A stretch of 62,571 nt of DNA, counting the filler. It is 8 parts of 8 records of this genome, joined end to end, with 100 filler letters (N's around TTAATTAATTAA, not from the genome) between each part and the next. Parts side by side here need not be neighbours in the genome. Positions count along the whole stretch, not along the records: positions 1 to 7,014 come from SRR11831586_153; positions 7,115 to 12,239 come from SRR11831586_154; positions 12,340 to 29,935 come from SRR11831586_155; 5 more parts are not named here. One strand, given 5' to 3'. The position numbers and the translations under genes were made by a program. A model generated the notes under the pieces. The model saw only the letters and a program-made list of their open reading frames with translations, was not told the origin of the DNA and ran no database searches. This document shows positions 1 through 12,484 of the stretch, piece by piece. Position 1 is the first letter of the stretch. Each line of letters begins with the position of its first letter.

Positions 1-49
1 CCTGACCTGGTGGTTGCCCAGGAGGAGGGCCGGAAATAGGTTGTATCAT
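1..49 (-). CDS. flk: Flagellar regulator Flk, 5' end only (runs off window)
   Basis: Reverse strand reads ATG ATA CAA CCT... = MIQPISGPPPGQPPGQ; divergent from pdxB as in E. coli. Confidence 0.85.
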   Translation of the reverse strand, partial: MIQPISGPPPGQPPGQ

Positions 50-147
50 TACGTATCCTTATACCTGAAATCTTCGCAAGTATGCCTGGCCGCGAGATTA
101 TGGCACACTTGTCCGGTTAACTCTCGTCTCATACAGGTAACACAAAC

Positions 148-1284
148 GTGAAAATCCTTGTTGATGAAAATATGCCTTATGCCCGCGACTTATTTAGCCG
201 TTTGGGTGAGGTGACCGCGGTTCCCGGGCGTCCAATCCCCGTCGCTCAACTGGCAGACGCGGATGCGCTGATGGTGCGTTCGGTCACGAAAGTGAATGAA
301 TCTTTGCTGGCAGGAAAACCCATTAAATTTGTTGGCACTGCCACTGCGGGGACCGACCATGTCGATGAAGCATGGTTGAAGCAGGCGGGAATTGGTTTTT
401 CCGCTGCACCTGGCTGTAATGCGATTGCGGTGGTGGAATATGTTTTCTCCTCCCTGCTGATGCTTGCCGAACGCGATGGATTTTCACTGTACGACCGTAC
501 GGTGGGGATCGTGGGCGTTGGTAACGTTGGACGTCGATTGCAGGCGCGACTGGAAGCGTTAGGGATTAAAACCTTACTTTGCGATCCGCCTCGCGCCGAC
601 CGTGGGGATGAGGGTGATTTCCGCTCGCTGGATGAGTTAGTCCAGCGCGCGGATATTCTGACTTTCCATACGCCACTCTTTAAAGATGGTCCGTACAAAA
701 CGCTACATCTGGCGGATGAAAAACTGATCCGTAGCCTGAAGCCCGGAGCGATTCTGATTAACGCCTGCCGTGGCGCAGTCGTCGATAATACTGCGTTGCT
801 GACCTGCCTGAATGAAGGCCAGAAGTTAAGCGTAGTGCTGGATGTCTGGGAAGGCGAACCGGAACTCAACGTCGAGCTGCTGAAAAAAGTGGATATCGGC
901 ACGTCGCATATCGCAGGCTATACCCTGGAAGGTAAAGCACGCGGTACTACGCAAGTGTTTGAAGCTTATAGCAAGTTTATTGGGCATGAACAGCACGTTG
1001 CGCTGGATACATTACTGCCTGCGCCAGAGTTTGGTCGCATTACGCTGCATGGCCCGCTCGATCAACCGACGCTGAAAAGGCTGGTGCATTTGGTGTATGA
1101 TGTGCGCCGCGATGACGCACCGCTGCGTAAAGTCGCCGGGATACCGGGTGAGTTCGATAAACTGCGCAAAAACTATCTTGAGCGCCGTGAATGGTCATCT
1201 CTGTATGTAATTTGTGATGACGCCAGTGCGGCATCATTGCTGTGTAAACTGGGTTTTAACGCCGTTCATCATCCGGCACGTTAA
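148..1284 (+). CDS. pdxB: Erythronate-4-phosphate dehydrogenase
   Basis: 378 aa, GTG start, D-2-hydroxyacid dehydrogenase with GxGxxG (GVGNVG); first gene of pdxB-usg-truA-dedA. Confidence 0.97.
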   Translation: MKILVDENMPYARDLFSRLGEVTAVPGRPIPVAQLADADALMVRSVTKVNESLLAGKPIKFVGTATAGTDHVDEAWLKQAGIGFSAAPGCNAIAVVEYVFSSLLMLAERDGFSLYDRTVGIVGVGNVGRRLQARLEALGIKTLLCDPPRADRGDEGDFRSLDELVQRADILTFHTPLFKDGPYKTLHLADEKLIRSLKPGAILINACRGAVVDNTALLTCLNEGQKLSVVLDVWEGEPELNVELLKKVDIGTSHIAGYTLEGKARGTTQVFEAYSKFIGHEQHVALDTLLPAPEFGRITLHGPLDQPTLKRLVHLVYDVRRDDAPLRKVAGIPGEFDKLRKNYLERREWSSLYVICDDASAASLLCKLGFNAVHHPAR

Positions 1285-1349
1285 TCTCTTCTTCATGCTC
1301 TCTGCTGTAACATTGGCAGGGAGCTTTGCTATTTCTGGAGTAAACCACC

Positions 1350-2363
1350 ATGTCTGAAGGCTGGAACATTGCCGTCCTGGGCGCAACTGGCGCTGTGGGC
1401 GAAGCCCTGCTTGAAACGCTGGCTGAACGTCAGTTCCCGGTTGGGGAAATTTATGCACTGGCACGTAACGAAAGCGCAGGCGAACAACTGCGCTTTGGTG
1501 GTAAGACAATCACCGTGCAGGATGCCGCTGAATTCGACTGGACGCAGGCGCAGCTGGCATTTTTTGTCGCAGGCAAAGAAGCTACCGCTGCCTGGGTTGA
1601 AGAAGCGACCAACTCAGGTTGCCTGGTGATCGACAGCAGTGGATTGTTTGCTCTCGAACCCGACGTACCGCTGGTGGTGCCGGAAGTAAACCCGTTTGTA
1701 CTGACAGATTACCGGAACCGGAATGTCATCGCCGTACCAGACAGTCTGACCAGCCAGCTGCTGGCGGCACTGAAACCGTTAATCGATCAGGGCGGTTTAT
1801 CACGTATCAGCGTTACCAGCCTGATTTCAGCCTCCGCCCAGGGCAAAAAAGCGGTCGATGCGTTAGCGGGGCAGAGTGCGAAATTGCTCAACGGCATTCC
1901 GATTGACGAAGAAGATTTCTTCGGGCGTCAGCTGGCGTTCAACATGCTGCCGTTACTGCCGGATAGCGAAGGTAGCGTGCGTGAAGAACGTCGTATCGTT
2001 GACGAAGTACGCAAAATCCTGCAGGACGAAGGGCTGATGATTTCGGCTAGCGTCGTCCAGGCACCGGTATTCTACGGTCATGCCCAGATGGTCAACTTTG
2101 AAGCTCTGCGTCCACTGGCAGCAGAAGAAGCGCGTGATGCGTTTGTTCAAGGCGAAGATATTGTGCTCTCTGAAGAGAACGAATTCCCAACTCAGGTAGG
2201 TGATGCTTCGGGTACGCCGCATCTTTCTGTTGGCTGCGTGCGTAATGACTACGGTATGCCGGAGCAAGTCCAGTTCTGGTCGGTGGCCGATAACGTTCGC
2301 TTTGGCGGCGCGCTGATGGCAGTAAAAATCGCCGAGAAACTGGTGCAGGAGTATCTGTACTAA
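1350..2363 (+). CDS. usg: USG-1, aspartate-semialdehyde dehydrogenase-like protein
   Basis: 337 aa, GATGAVG N-terminus, ADNVRFGGA motif; position between pdxB and truA. Confidence 0.95.
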
Positions 2364-3175
2364 TGTCCGACCAGCAACAACCGCCAGTTTATAAAATTGC
2401 GCTGGGCATTGAGTACGACGGCAGTAAGTATTACGGCTGGCAACGGCAGAACGAAGTCCGCAGTGTGCAGGAGAAGCTGGAAAAGGCGCTCTCCCAGGTG
2501 GCGAACGAACCCATCACCGTCTTCTGCGCCGGGCGTACTGACGCAGGGGTACACGGTACCGGGCAGGTTGTGCATTTCGAAACAACCGCGCTGCGCAAAG
2601 ACGCGGCGTGGACCTTGGGCGTAAATGCGAATTTACCTGGTGACATCGCTGTGCGTTGGGTTAAAACTGTACCTGATGATTTTCATGCCCGATTTAGCGC
2701 CACGGCTCGCCGTTATCGCTACATCATCTACAATCATCGGCTGCGCCCGGCGGTACTGAGTAAAGGGGTAACCCATTTTTACGAACCGCTGGACGCTGAA
2801 CGGATGCATCGGGCTGCGCAATGCTTGCTGGGCGAGAATGATTTCACCTCGTTCCGTGCGGTGCAGTGCCAGTCCCGAACCCCGTGGCGCAACGTTATGC
2901 ATATTAATGTCACGCGTCACGGTCCTTATGTGGTGGTAGATATTAAAGCGAATGCTTTTGTACATCATATGGTCAGGAATATTGTCGGCAGCCTGATGGA
3001 AGTCGGTGCCCACAACCAGCCGGAGAGCTGGATAGCAGAGTTGCTGGCGGCAAAGGACAGAACGCTGGCGGCAGCAACGGCAAAAGCGGAAGGGCTGTAT
3101 CTGGTCGCGGTGGATTACCCTGACCGGTATGATCTTCCAAAACCGCCAATGGGCCCGCTATTTCTGGCGGACTAA
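2363..3175 (+). CDS. truA: tRNA pseudouridine(38-40) synthase
   Basis: 270 aa, catalytic GRTDAGVH motif; TAATG overlap with usg. Confidence 0.98.
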
Positions 3176-3257
3176 CGAGAATAATGCTCGGAACATTTCA
3201 GGCTGTAGCCAACGTAGTTACAGCCTGAAAGATGACGAGTACAAGGCATAGGCAAAT

Positions 3258-3917
3258 ATGGACCTGATTTATTTCCTCATCGATTTTATCCTGCACATTG
3301 ACGTGCATCTGGCAGAGCTGGTCGCGGAGTACGGCGTCTGGGTTTATGCCATTTTGTTCTTAATTTTGTTCTGTGAAACCGGTCTGGTGGTAACGCCGTT
3401 TTTACCGGGTGATTCATTGCTGTTTGTTGCCGGAGCGTTGGCATCACTGGAAACCAACGATCTCAACGTCCATATGATGGTGGTGCTGATGCTGATCGCC
3501 GCGATTGTGGGTGACGCGGTCAATTACACTATCGGGCGGTTGTTCGGTGAAAAGTTGTTCAGTAATCCCAATTCGAAAATTTTCCGTCGCAGTTATCTCG
3601 ACAAAACCCATCAGTTTTATGAGAAACATGGCGGCAAAACGATTATTCTCGCCCGTTTTGTGCCGATCGTCAGAACGTTCGCCCCGTTTGTTGCGGGAAT
3701 GGGCCACATGTCGTACCGTCATTTCGCCGCTTATAACGTGATCGGCGCACTGTTGTGGGTACTGCTTTTTACCTACGCAGGCTATTTCTTCGGTACAATC
3801 CCGATGGTTCAGGATAACCTTAAGCTGCTGATCGTCGGGATTATTGTGGTTTCTATTTTGCCGGGCGTCATCGAAATAATCCGTCACAAACGCGCTGCGG
3901 CACGCGCCGCAAAATAA
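3258..3917 (+). CDS. dedA: DedA family inner-membrane protein
   Basis: 219 aa, hydrophobic, FLPGDSLLF and [12 protein letters not shown] motifs. Confidence 0.96.
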   Translation: MDLIYFLIDFILHIDVHLAELVAEYGVWVYAILFLILFCETGLVVTPFLPGDSLLFVAGALASLETNDLNVHMMVVLMLIAAIVGDAVNYTIGRLFGEKLFSNPNSKIFRRSYLDKTHQFYEKHGGKTIILARFVPIVRTFAPFVAGMGHMSYRHFAAYNVIGALLWVLLFTYAGYFFGTIPMVQDNLKLLIVGIIVVSILPGVIEIIRHKRAAARAAK

Positions 3918-4072
3918 AAAGTAACTCCGCGGTTCGACCACTTTTTTATCCAAAGTTTCGGGCTGTTATGTTTTAATGTGCAACATTCATGGTCTGTTGG
4001 GGGCAAAAATGGCATTATGCGTCCCCAAAGATAAAACTGGCATCGAACCAGGTTCAGACAGAAAGGTCCCTA

Positions 4073-4987
4073 ATGAGCTGGATTGAACGAATTAAAAGCA
4101 ACATTACTCCCACCCGCAAGGCGAGCATTCCTGAAGGGGTGTGGACTAAGTGTGATAGCTGCGGTCAGGTTTTATACCGCGCTGAGCTGGAACGTAATCT
4201 TGAGGTCTGTCCGAAGTGTGACCATCACATGCGTATGACAGCGCGTAATCGCCTGCATAGCCTGTTAGATGAAGGAAGCCTTGTGGAGCTGGGTAGCGAG
4301 CTTGAGCCGAAAGATGTGCTGAAGTTTCGTGACTCCAAGAAGTATAAAGACCGTCTGGCATCTGCGCAGAAAGAAACCGGCGAAAAAGATGCGCTGGTGG
4401 TGATGAAAGGCACTCTGTATGGAATGCCGGTTGTCGCTGCGGCATTCGAGTTCGCCTTTATGGGCGGTTCAATGGGGTCTGTTGTGGGTGCACGTTTCGT
4501 GCGTGCCGTTGAGCAGGCGCTGGAAGATAACTGCCCGCTGATCTGCTTCTCCGCCTCTGGTGGCGCACGTATGCAGGAAGCACTGATGTCGCTGATGCAG
4601 ATGGCGAAAACCTCTGCGGCACTGGCAAAAATGCAGGAGCGCGGCTTGCCGTACATCTCCGTGCTGACCGACCCGACGATGGGCGGTGTTTCTGCAAGTT
4701 TCGCCATGCTGGGCGATCTCAACATCGCTGAACCGAAAGCGTTAATCGGCTTTGCCGGTCCGCGTGTTATCGAACAGACCGTTCGCGAAAAACTGCCGCC
4801 TGGATTCCAGCGCAGTGAATTCCTGATCGAGAAAGGCGCGATCGACATGATCGTCCGTCGTCCGGAAATGCGCCTGAAACTGGCGAGCATTCTGGCGAAG
4901 TTGATGAATCTGCCAGCGCCGAATCCTGAAGCGCCGCGTGAAGGCGTAGTGGTACCCCCGGTACCGGATCAGGAACCTGAGGCCTGA
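4073..4987 (+). CDS. accD: Acetyl-CoA carboxylase carboxyltransferase beta subunit
   Basis: 304 aa from ATG 4073 (MSWIERIK), Cys4 zinc finger CDSC...CPKC, GGARMQE. Confidence 0.98.
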
Positions 4988-4995
4988 TAACTGAT

Positions 4996-5024
4996 AAGGG
5001 CAGGGCCACTGGCTCTGCCCTTTT
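4996..5024 (+). terminator. GC-rich hairpin plus T-tract between accD and folC
   Basis: AAGGGCAGGGCCA-C-TGGCTCTGCCCTTTT. Confidence 0.6.
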
Positions 5025-5056
5025 GCTATTCTCACCGTAACGAATCAGCGGATACC

Positions 5057-6325
5057 ATGATTATCAAACGCACTCCTCAAGCCGCGTCGCCTCTGGCTTC
5101 GTGGCTTTCTTATCTGGAAAACCTGCACAGTAAAACTATCGATCTCGGCCTTGAGCGCGTGAGCCTGGTCGCGGCGCGTCTTGGCGTCCTGAAACCAGCG
5201 CCATTTGTGTTTACCGTTGCGGGTACGAATGGCAAAGGCACCACCTGCCGTACGCTGGAGTCGATTCTGATGGCGGCAGGGTACAAAGTGGGCGTCTACA
5301 GTTCGCCTCATCTGGTGCGTTATACCGAGCGCGTACGTGTGCAGGGCCAGGAATTGCCGGAATCGGCCCACACCGCCTCTTTTGCGGAGATTGAATCGGC
5401 ACGCGGTGATATTTCCCTGACCTATTTCGAGTACGGTACGCTGTCGGCGTTGTGGCTGTTCAAGCAGGCACAACTTGACGTGGTGATTCTGGAAGTAGGG
5501 CTGGGCGGTCGTCTGGACGCAACCAATATTGTCGACGCCGATGTCGCGGTAGTAACCAGTATTGCGCTGGATCATACCGACTGGCTGGGTCCAGATCGCG
5601 AAAGTATTGGTCGCGAGAAAGCAGGCATCTTCCGCAGCGAAAAACCGGCAATTGTCGGTGAGCCGGAAATGCCTTCTACCATTGCTGATGTGGCGCAGGA
5701 AAAAGGTGCACTGTTACAACGTCGGGGCGTTGAGTGGAACTATTCCGTCACCGATCATGACTGGGCGTTTAGCGATGCTCACGGCACGCTGGAAAATCTG
5801 CCGTTGCCGCTTGTCCCGCAACCGAATGCCGCAACAGCGCTGGCGGCACTGCGTGCCAGCGGGCTGGAAGTCAGTGAAAATGCCATTCGCGACGGGATTG
5901 CCAGCGCAATTTTGCCGGGACGTTTCCAGATTGTGAGCGAGTCGCCACGCGTTATTTTTGATGTCGCGCATAATCCACATGCGGCGGAATATCTCACCGG
6001 GCGTATGAAAGCGCTACCGAAAAACGGGCGCGTGCTGGCGGTTATCGGTATGCTACATGATAAAGATATTGCCGGAACTCTGGCCTGGTTGAAAAGCGTG
6101 GTTGATGACTGGTATTGTGCGCCACTGGAAGGGCCGCGCGGTGCCACGGCAGAACAACTGCTTGAGCATTTGGGTAACGGCAAATCATTTGATAGCGTTG
6201 CGCAGGCATGGGATGCCGCAATGGCGGACGCTAAAGCGGAAGACACCGTGCTGGTGTGTGGTTCTTTCCACACGGTCGCACATGTCATGGAAGTGATTGA
6301 CGCGAGGAGAAGCGGTGGCAAGTAA
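5057..6325 (+). CDS. folC: Bifunctional folylpolyglutamate/dihydrofolate synthase
   Basis: 422 aa, GTNGKGTT P-loop, EVGLGGRLDATN, DVAHNPH. Confidence 0.98.
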   Translation: MIIKRTPQAASPLASWLSYLENLHSKTIDLGLERVSLVAARLGVLKPAPFVFTVAGTNGKGTTCRTLESILMAAGYKVGVYSSPHLVRYTERVRVQGQELPESAHTASFAEIESARGDISLTYFEYGTLSALWLFKQAQLDVVILEVGLGGRLDATNIVDADVAVVTSIALDHTDWLGPDRESIGREKAGIFRSEKPAIVGEPEMPSTIADVAQEKGALLQRRGVEWNYSVTDHDWAFSDAHGTLENLPLPLVPQPNAATALAALRASGLEVSENAIRDGIASAILPGRFQIVSESPRVIFDVAHNPHAAEYLTGRMKALPKNGRVLAVIGMLHDKDIAGTLAWLKSVVDDWYCAPLEGPRGATAEQLLEHLGNGKSFDSVAQAWDAAMADAKAEDTVLVCGSFHTVAHVMEVIDARRSGGK

Positions 6326-6977
6326 GTTTCAGAATCGGTTAGTGGGCACGATCGTGCTGGTGGCGCTGGGGGTGATTGTACTTCCAGGGCTGCTGGACGG
6401 GCAGAAAAAACATTATCAGGATGAGTTCGCGGCTATCCCGCTGGTGCCGAAAGCGGGCGATCGTGATGAGCCTGATATGATGCCAGCCGCCACCCAGGCG
6501 TTACCGACGCAGCCGCCGGAAGGCGCAGCGGAAGAGGTGCGGGCAGGTGATGCCGCAGCACCGTCGCTCGATCCGGCCACTATTGCAGCCAATAACACCG
6601 AGTTTGAACCGGAACCTGCACCGGTCGCCCCACCGAAGCCGAAACCGGTGGAGCCGCCTAAACCAAAGGTTGAAGCACCACCTGCGCCGAAGCCAGAACC
6701 GAAGCCGGTCGTGGAAGAAAAAGCTGCACCGACGGGTAAAGCCTATGTTGTGCAACTGGGTGCGCTGAAAAATGCCGATAAAGTGAATGAGATTGTCGGT
6801 AAGCTGCGCGGTGCCGGTTATCGGGTTTATACGTCGCCATCCACGCCAGTGCAGGGTAAAATTACCCGTATTCTGGTTGGGCCGGATGCCTCGAAAGATA
6901 AGCTGAAAGGTTCGCTGGGTGAGTTGAAGCAACTTTCTGGCTTAAGTGGCGTGGTAATGGGCTATACGCCGAATTAA
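6315..6977 (+). CDS. dedD: SPOR-domain cell division protein
   Basis: GTG start after AGGAG; N-terminal TM helix, Pro-rich linker, C-terminal SPOR domain (YVVQLGAL). Confidence 0.95.
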   Translation: MASKFQNRLVGTIVLVALGVIVLPGLLDGQKKHYQDEFAAIPLVPKAGDRDEPDMMPAATQALPTQPPEGAAEEVRAGDAAAPSLDPATIAANNTEFEPEPAPVAPPKPKPVEPPKPKVEAPPAPKPEPKPVVEEKAAPTGKAYVVQLGALKNADKVNEIVGKLRGAGYRVYTSPSTPVQGKITRILVGPDASKDKLKGSLGELKQLSGLSGVVMGYTPN

Positions 6978-6985
6978 TACGGTCT

Positions 6986-7014
6986 TGCCTGATGCGACGC
7001 TGGCGCGTCTTATC
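6986..7014. repeat. REP element, truncated by contig end
   Basis: TGCCTGATGCGACGCTGGCGCGTCTTATC matches the enterobacterial REP consensus. Confidence 0.9.
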
Positions 7015-7114
7015 NNNNNNNNNNNNNNNNNNNNNNNNNNNNNNNNNNNNNNNNNNNNTTAATTAATTAANNNNNNNNNNNNNNNNNNNNNNNNNNNNNN
7101 NNNNNNNNNNNNNN
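7015..7114. other. Artificial contig spacer
   Basis: 44 N + TTAATTAATTAA (7059-7070) + 44 N. Confidence 0.99.
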
Positions 7115-7980
7115 CAATCCTGTAAACGCTCGGCGACAATACGTACCGCACGCACATCAAACAGCTCATCAAAGGCGAGGTTCTTTTTCTGCATTTTACG
7201 CCAGATGCTGTAGATGTGTTTCGGACGACCATACACTTCCGCTTTAACGCCTTCAGCTTTCATCTCAGCGCGCAGATGACCAACGAACTCTTCGATGTAG
7301 TGTTCGCGGTCGAGACGCCGTTCATGCAGCAGTTTGGCAATTCGTTTGTATTCGGTTGGATGGAGGTAACGGAAGCAGTAATCTTCCAGTTCCCATTTCA
7401 GTTGTCCGATTCCGAGACGGTTAGCCAGCGGTGCGTAGATGTTGGTACACTCTTTTGCCGCCAGTACACGTTCATCTTCCGGCGCATCTTTTACTTCGCG
7501 CAGATGAGCAATACGCTCCGCCAGTTTGATGACTACGCAGCGAAAATCATCGACCATCGCCAATAACATCCGGCGAACGTTATCGACCTGTTCGGAGGAA
7601 ACAGAATCAGTGTGCGTCGCTTTCAGCTGGCGGATCGCCGCCATATCACGCACGCCGTGAATAAGGTTAACGACCGACTTACCGACGCTCTCACGCAGCA
7701 CATCTTCGCTGACTACGTTGGCATCCGCCAGAGGGAAAAGCAGCGCCGCCCGCAGCGTGTCAATGTCCATACTTAATGTCGAGAGGATCTCCACCATCTC
7801 AACACCACGCCACAATAACAGACTGGCATCCGGATGCCCCTGCGTCTGTTGCAGACAATACGCCCAGGTTTCGGCTAAGCACTCACACGACTTCTGGCTG
7901 GTAATACCCAGACTTGCGATCCATTTTTCCGGATCAAATTCACCAGCCTTATTGATATGTGCACTTCTTACCGCAACCAT
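7115..7980 (-). CDS. relA: (p)ppGpp synthetase RelA, N-terminal ~288 codons (truncated by contig end)
   Basis: MVAVRSAH start, APLANRLGI, GRPKHIYSIWRKM; downstream of rlmD. Confidence 0.97.
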
Positions 7981-8027
7981 CGTCCTCTCCTTTAGGGACC
8001 AGACCTGCCGAAATCGGCAAATCGCAA

Positions 8028-9329
8028 CTATTTAACGCGCGAGAAAAGTACCATCGATTCCAGATGTCCCGTGTGTGGGAACATATCCAGCATCGCCAGT
8101 CGCGCAATGGTATATCCTGCTTTTAATAACGCTTCGCTATCCCGAGCCAGCGTTGCAGGGTTACAGGATACATAAACTATACGAATAGGTTCCAGTTTTA
8201 TAATTTGCTGCATAACACCTGCGGCACCTGCTCGCGCCGGGTCCAGCAACACTTTATCGAAGCCGTTTTTCGCCCACGGCTGCTTTGTGACATCTTCTTC
8301 AAGATTTTCGTGATAAAACGTCACATTCTGTAAGCCATTAAGACGCGCATTCTGCTGGCCTTTTTCCACCAGCGCCGGAACACCTTCTACACCGACCACA
8401 CTGGCAGCTTGTGTCGCCAATGGCAGTGTAAAGTTGCCCATACCGCAGAACAGATCCAGTACGCGATCTTCAGGTTGCACATCCAGCCATTCCAACGCAC
8501 GCGCTACCATTTTTTGGTTCACACCCGCATTGACCTGAATAAAATCGCGCGGGCTAAAAGTTAAGCGCAACCCGTTTGAGTCATACCAGGGCATCTCACC
8601 AGAGACGGTTTCGAGTATCTCACTATCGGGGGCGAGATACAGATCCAGGCCTTCAGAATGCGAAAAGCGTTCCAGTTTTTCGCGATCTGCCGAACTTAGC
8701 GGTGCGGTATGGCGCAAAATCATCAGCGTGCCGCTGGTTGCCTGTACCAGTTCAACATGACCAAGATGGCGCATAGCTTGTAAGCTGCCCAGACATGCCC
8801 TGACTTTGGGCAGCAATGCTTCAAGTTGGGGCGCTAAAATGGGGCATTGTTTGACGTCGACAATGTCACTGGAGCCCGCTTTGCGAAACCCCATCTGAAG
8901 TTGCTGTGTTTTCGGTAAGTAGTTCAGACTTAAACGCGCGCGACGGCGATAGCCCCAGGGAACATCGGCGATCACTTCAGAGACATCGTGTTTCATTAAT
9001 CGGGCGAGTGCCGCACTTTTGCTTCGCTGCTGTAAATCCACGCTGGCGTGTTGTTGCTGACAGCCACCGCATACGCCAAAATGAGGACAGCGTGGCGTTT
9101 CGCGTTCCGGGCTATCGCTTAACCGGCGTACGACTTTAGCGCGGGCATACTGTTTTTTATCTTCAGTAACAGTAACTTCCGCGTTTTCCTGCGGCAATAA
9201 TCCGGGGATAAATAGCGTTTTGCCGTTATGTCGCGCCACGCCCTGACCAAAAGAGTCGAGGTCGTTGACTGAAACGGTTATGATCTGACGCGTCGTCGTG
9301 CGTCGTTTTGCAGAGTAGAATTGCGCCAT
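8028..9329 (-). CDS. rlmD: 23S rRNA m5U1939 methyltransferase
   Basis: 433 aa, TRAM domain, [4Fe-4S] motif [28 protein letters not shown]. Confidence 0.97.
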
Positions 9330-9385
9330 TGGCGAGACTTTCTCAATTTAACAGTGTGACCTTAATTGTCCCATAACGGAACTCC

Positions 9386-12142
9386 ATGACCAACTACAGC
9401 CTGCGCGCACGCATGATGATTCTGATCCTGGCACCGACCGTCCTTATTGGTTTATTGCTGAGTATCTTTTTCGTCGTGCATCGCTATAACGACTTGCAGC
9501 GTCAACTGGAAGATGCCGGTGCCAGCATTATTGAGCCGCTTGCAGTTTCTACTGAATATGGCATGAGCCTGCAAAATCGCGAATCTATCGGTCAGTTAAT
9601 AAGCGTACTGCATCGTCGCCATTCCGATATTGTTCGCGCGATTTCGGTTTATGATGAAAATAACCGACTCTTTGTCACCTCCAATTTTCATCTTGATCCC
9701 TCATCAATGCAGCTCGGCAGCAACGTGCCGTTTCCTCGCCAGCTCACTGTCACTCGTGACGGCGATATTATGATCCTCCGCACGCCGATTATTTCTGAGA
9801 GTTACTCCCCCGACGAATCGCCCAGTAGCGATGCCAAAAATAGTCAAAATATGTTGGGATATATTGCGCTGGAGCTGGATCTTAAATCGGTTCGCTTGCA
9901 GCAATATAAAGAGATCTTTATTTCCAGCGTGATGATGCTGTTTTGTATCGGTATTGCGCTTATTTTTGGCTGGCGCTTAATGCGCGATGTAACCGGTCCG
10001 ATTCGCAACATGGTGAATACCGTCGACCGCATCCGTCGCGGGCAACTCGACAGCCGGGTGGAAGGATTTATGCTCGGCGAGCTGGATATGCTGAAAAACG
10101 GTATCAACTCGATGGCAATGTCGCTGGCTGCTTATCACGAAGAGATGCAGCACAATATCGACCAGGCGACGTCCGATCTGCGTGAAACGCTGGAGCAGAT
10201 GGAAATTCAGAACGTTGAGTTAGATCTGGCGAAAAAGCGCGCCCAGGAAGCGGCGCGTATTAAATCCGAGTTTCTGGCAAATATGTCACACGAGCTGCGT
10301 ACACCACTGAATGGTGTTATTGGCTTTACCCGCCTGACGCTGAAAACAGAATTAACACCAACGCAGCGCGATCACCTGAATACGATTGAACGTTCGGCAA
10401 ATAATTTGCTGGCAATTATTAATGATGTTCTCGACTTCTCGAAACTGGAAGCAGGTAAGCTGATTCTGGAAAGTATTCCATTCCCACTACGCAGCACGCT
10501 GGATGAAGTCGTTACTCTGCTGGCACATTCTTCTCACGATAAAGGGTTAGAACTGACGCTCAATATTAAAAGCGACGTGCCTGATAACGTGATCGGCGAC
10601 CCGCTGCGATTACAGCAAATCATCACTAACCTGGTGGGGAATGCAATTAAATTCACCGAGAATGGCAACATTGATATTCTGGTAGAAAAACGTGCGCTGA
10701 GTAATACCAAAGTGCAGATTGAAGTGCAGATTCGGGATACCGGCATTGGTATTCCTGAACGCGATCAATCGCGCTTATTCCAGGCCTTCCGACAGGCTGA
10801 TGCCAGTATTTCCCGCCGTCATGGTGGCACCGGGCTGGGGCTGGTGATTACACAAAAACTGGTTAATGAAATGGGCGGCGATATTTCGTTCCATAGCCAG
10901 CCGAATCGCGGTTCAACTTTCTGGTTCCACATTAATCTCGATCTGAACCCGAACATTATTATCGAAGGGCCATCCACCCAGTGCCTCGCAGGTAAGCGCC
11001 TGGCCTATGTCGAACCAAACTCCGCAGCAGCGCAATGCACGCTGGATATTTTAAGTGAAACGCCGCTGGAAGTGGTTTATAGCCCAACGTTCTCCGCGCT
11101 GCCTCCCGCGCATTACGACATGATGTTGTTAGGCATCGCGGTGACCTTCCGCGAGCCGCTAACAATGCAACATGAGCGATTAGCGAAAGCGGTATCGATG
11201 ACCGATTTCCTGATGCTGGCACTTCCTTGCCATGCACAAGTCAATGCTGAAAAACTCAAGCAAGATGGTATCGGCGCGTGTCTGCTGAAACCATTAACAC
11301 CTACACGCCTGTTGCCTGCCCTGACGGAATTTTGTCATCACAAACAAAACACGCTTTTGCCTGTAACCGATGAAAGTAAGCTGGCAATGACAGTCATGGC
11401 GGTTGATGACAACCCCGCTAACCTGAAACTTATCGGCGCATTGCTGGAAGATATGGTGCAACATGTGGAACTTTGCGATAGCGGGCATCAGGCGGTTGAA
11501 CGGGCGAAACAGATGCCGTTCGATTTGATCTTAATGGATATTCAAATGCCGGACATGGATGGCATTCGGGCCTGCGAACTCATCCACCAACTCCCGCATC
11601 AGCAACAAACGCCGGTTATCGCGGTAACGGCGCATGCAATGGCCGGGCAAAAAGAGAAGCTGCTTGGCGCAGGGATGAGCGATTATCTGGCGAAACCGAT
11701 TGAAGAAGAGCGATTGCATAATTTGTTGTTGCGCTACAAGCCTGGCAGCGGTATTTCCTCTCGCGTCGTGACGCCCGAAGTCAACGAAATTGTGGTGAAC
11801 CCGAATGCGACCCTCGACTGGCAACTGGCACTACGCCAGGCAGCAGGAAAAACCGATTTAGCGCGCGATATGCTGCAAATGTTACTCGATTTCCTGCCTG
11901 AAGTTCGCAACAAAGTTGAGGAACAGCTGGTTGGAGAAAACCCGGAAGGCCTGGTTGATTTGATTCATAAACTGCATGGCAGTTGCGGCTATAGCGGTGT
12001 GCCACGTATGAAGAATCTCTGCCAACTGATCGAACAACAGCTACGTAGCGGTACTAAAGAAGAAGATTTGGAACCGGAGCTGCTGGAACTGTTGGACGAG
12101 ATGGATAATGTCGCGCGCGAAGCCAGCAAAATTCTCGGGTAA
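9386..12142 (+). CDS. barA: Tripartite hybrid sensor histidine kinase
   Basis: 918 aa, H-box MSHELRTP, receiver domain (MDIQMP), Hpt (HKLHGS); divergent from rlmD. Confidence 0.98.
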
Positions 12143-12215
12143 TGGATGTCTTGTCGAGTAGCAATCGGCTTTTTATGACGCTGGTTTCAGATTGGTGACA
12201 AAGTGCCTGTGTTTA

Positions 12216-12239
12216 TGCCGGATGCGGCGTTAACGCCTT
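12216..12239. repeat. REP element, truncated by contig end
   Basis: TGCCGGATGCGGCGTTAACGCCTT. Confidence 0.9.
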
Positions 12240-12339
12240 NNNNNNNNNNNNNNNNNNNNNNNNNNNNNNNNNNNNNNNNNNNNTTAATTAATTAANNNNN
12301 NNNNNNNNNNNNNNNNNNNNNNNNNNNNNNNNNNNNNNN
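12240..12339. other. Artificial contig spacer
   Basis: 44 N + TTAATTAATTAA + 44 N. Confidence 0.99.
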
Positions 12340-12365
12340 ATAAGGCGTTCACGCCGCATCCGGCA
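12340..12365. repeat. REP element, truncated by contig start
   Basis: ATAAGGCGTTCACGCCGCATCCGGCA. Confidence 0.9.
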
Positions 12366-12377
12366 AGAAGCTATAAG

Positions 12378-12407
12378 AAAAGGGCGGAGATCATCTCCGC
12401 CCTTTTT
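12378..12407 (+). terminator. Intrinsic, possibly bidirectional, terminator upstream of yidB
   Basis: AAAAGGGCGGAGAT-C-ATCTCCGCCCTTTTT. Confidence 0.8.
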
Positions 12408-12484
12408 ATTTCTGCAATCCGCAATTATCATCCCGCAAATCTATACTTTTTGGGTCAACACGTAACGCTTTACAGGTGATTATC

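Noticed and set aside
246-6321. Long antisense ORFs (e.g. 246-902, 4225-4890, 5779-6321; similar ones opposite rhlE, ahr and idnT)
   Set aside because: Shadow frames of well-known genes caused by codon bias; no independent coding signal.
6600-6720. CCGAAGCCG/CCAGAACCG quasi-repeats
   Set aside because: They encode the Pro/Lys/Glu-rich linker of DedD.
7059-7070. TTAATTAATTAA as a biological repeat, PacI-type site or piggyBac target
   Set aside because: Always centred in exactly 44+44 N; it is an assembly linker.
12216-12365. barA-yidB fusion by REP-mediated rearrangement
   Set aside because: The two REP halves are separated by an artificial spacer; there is no evidence of physical linkage.
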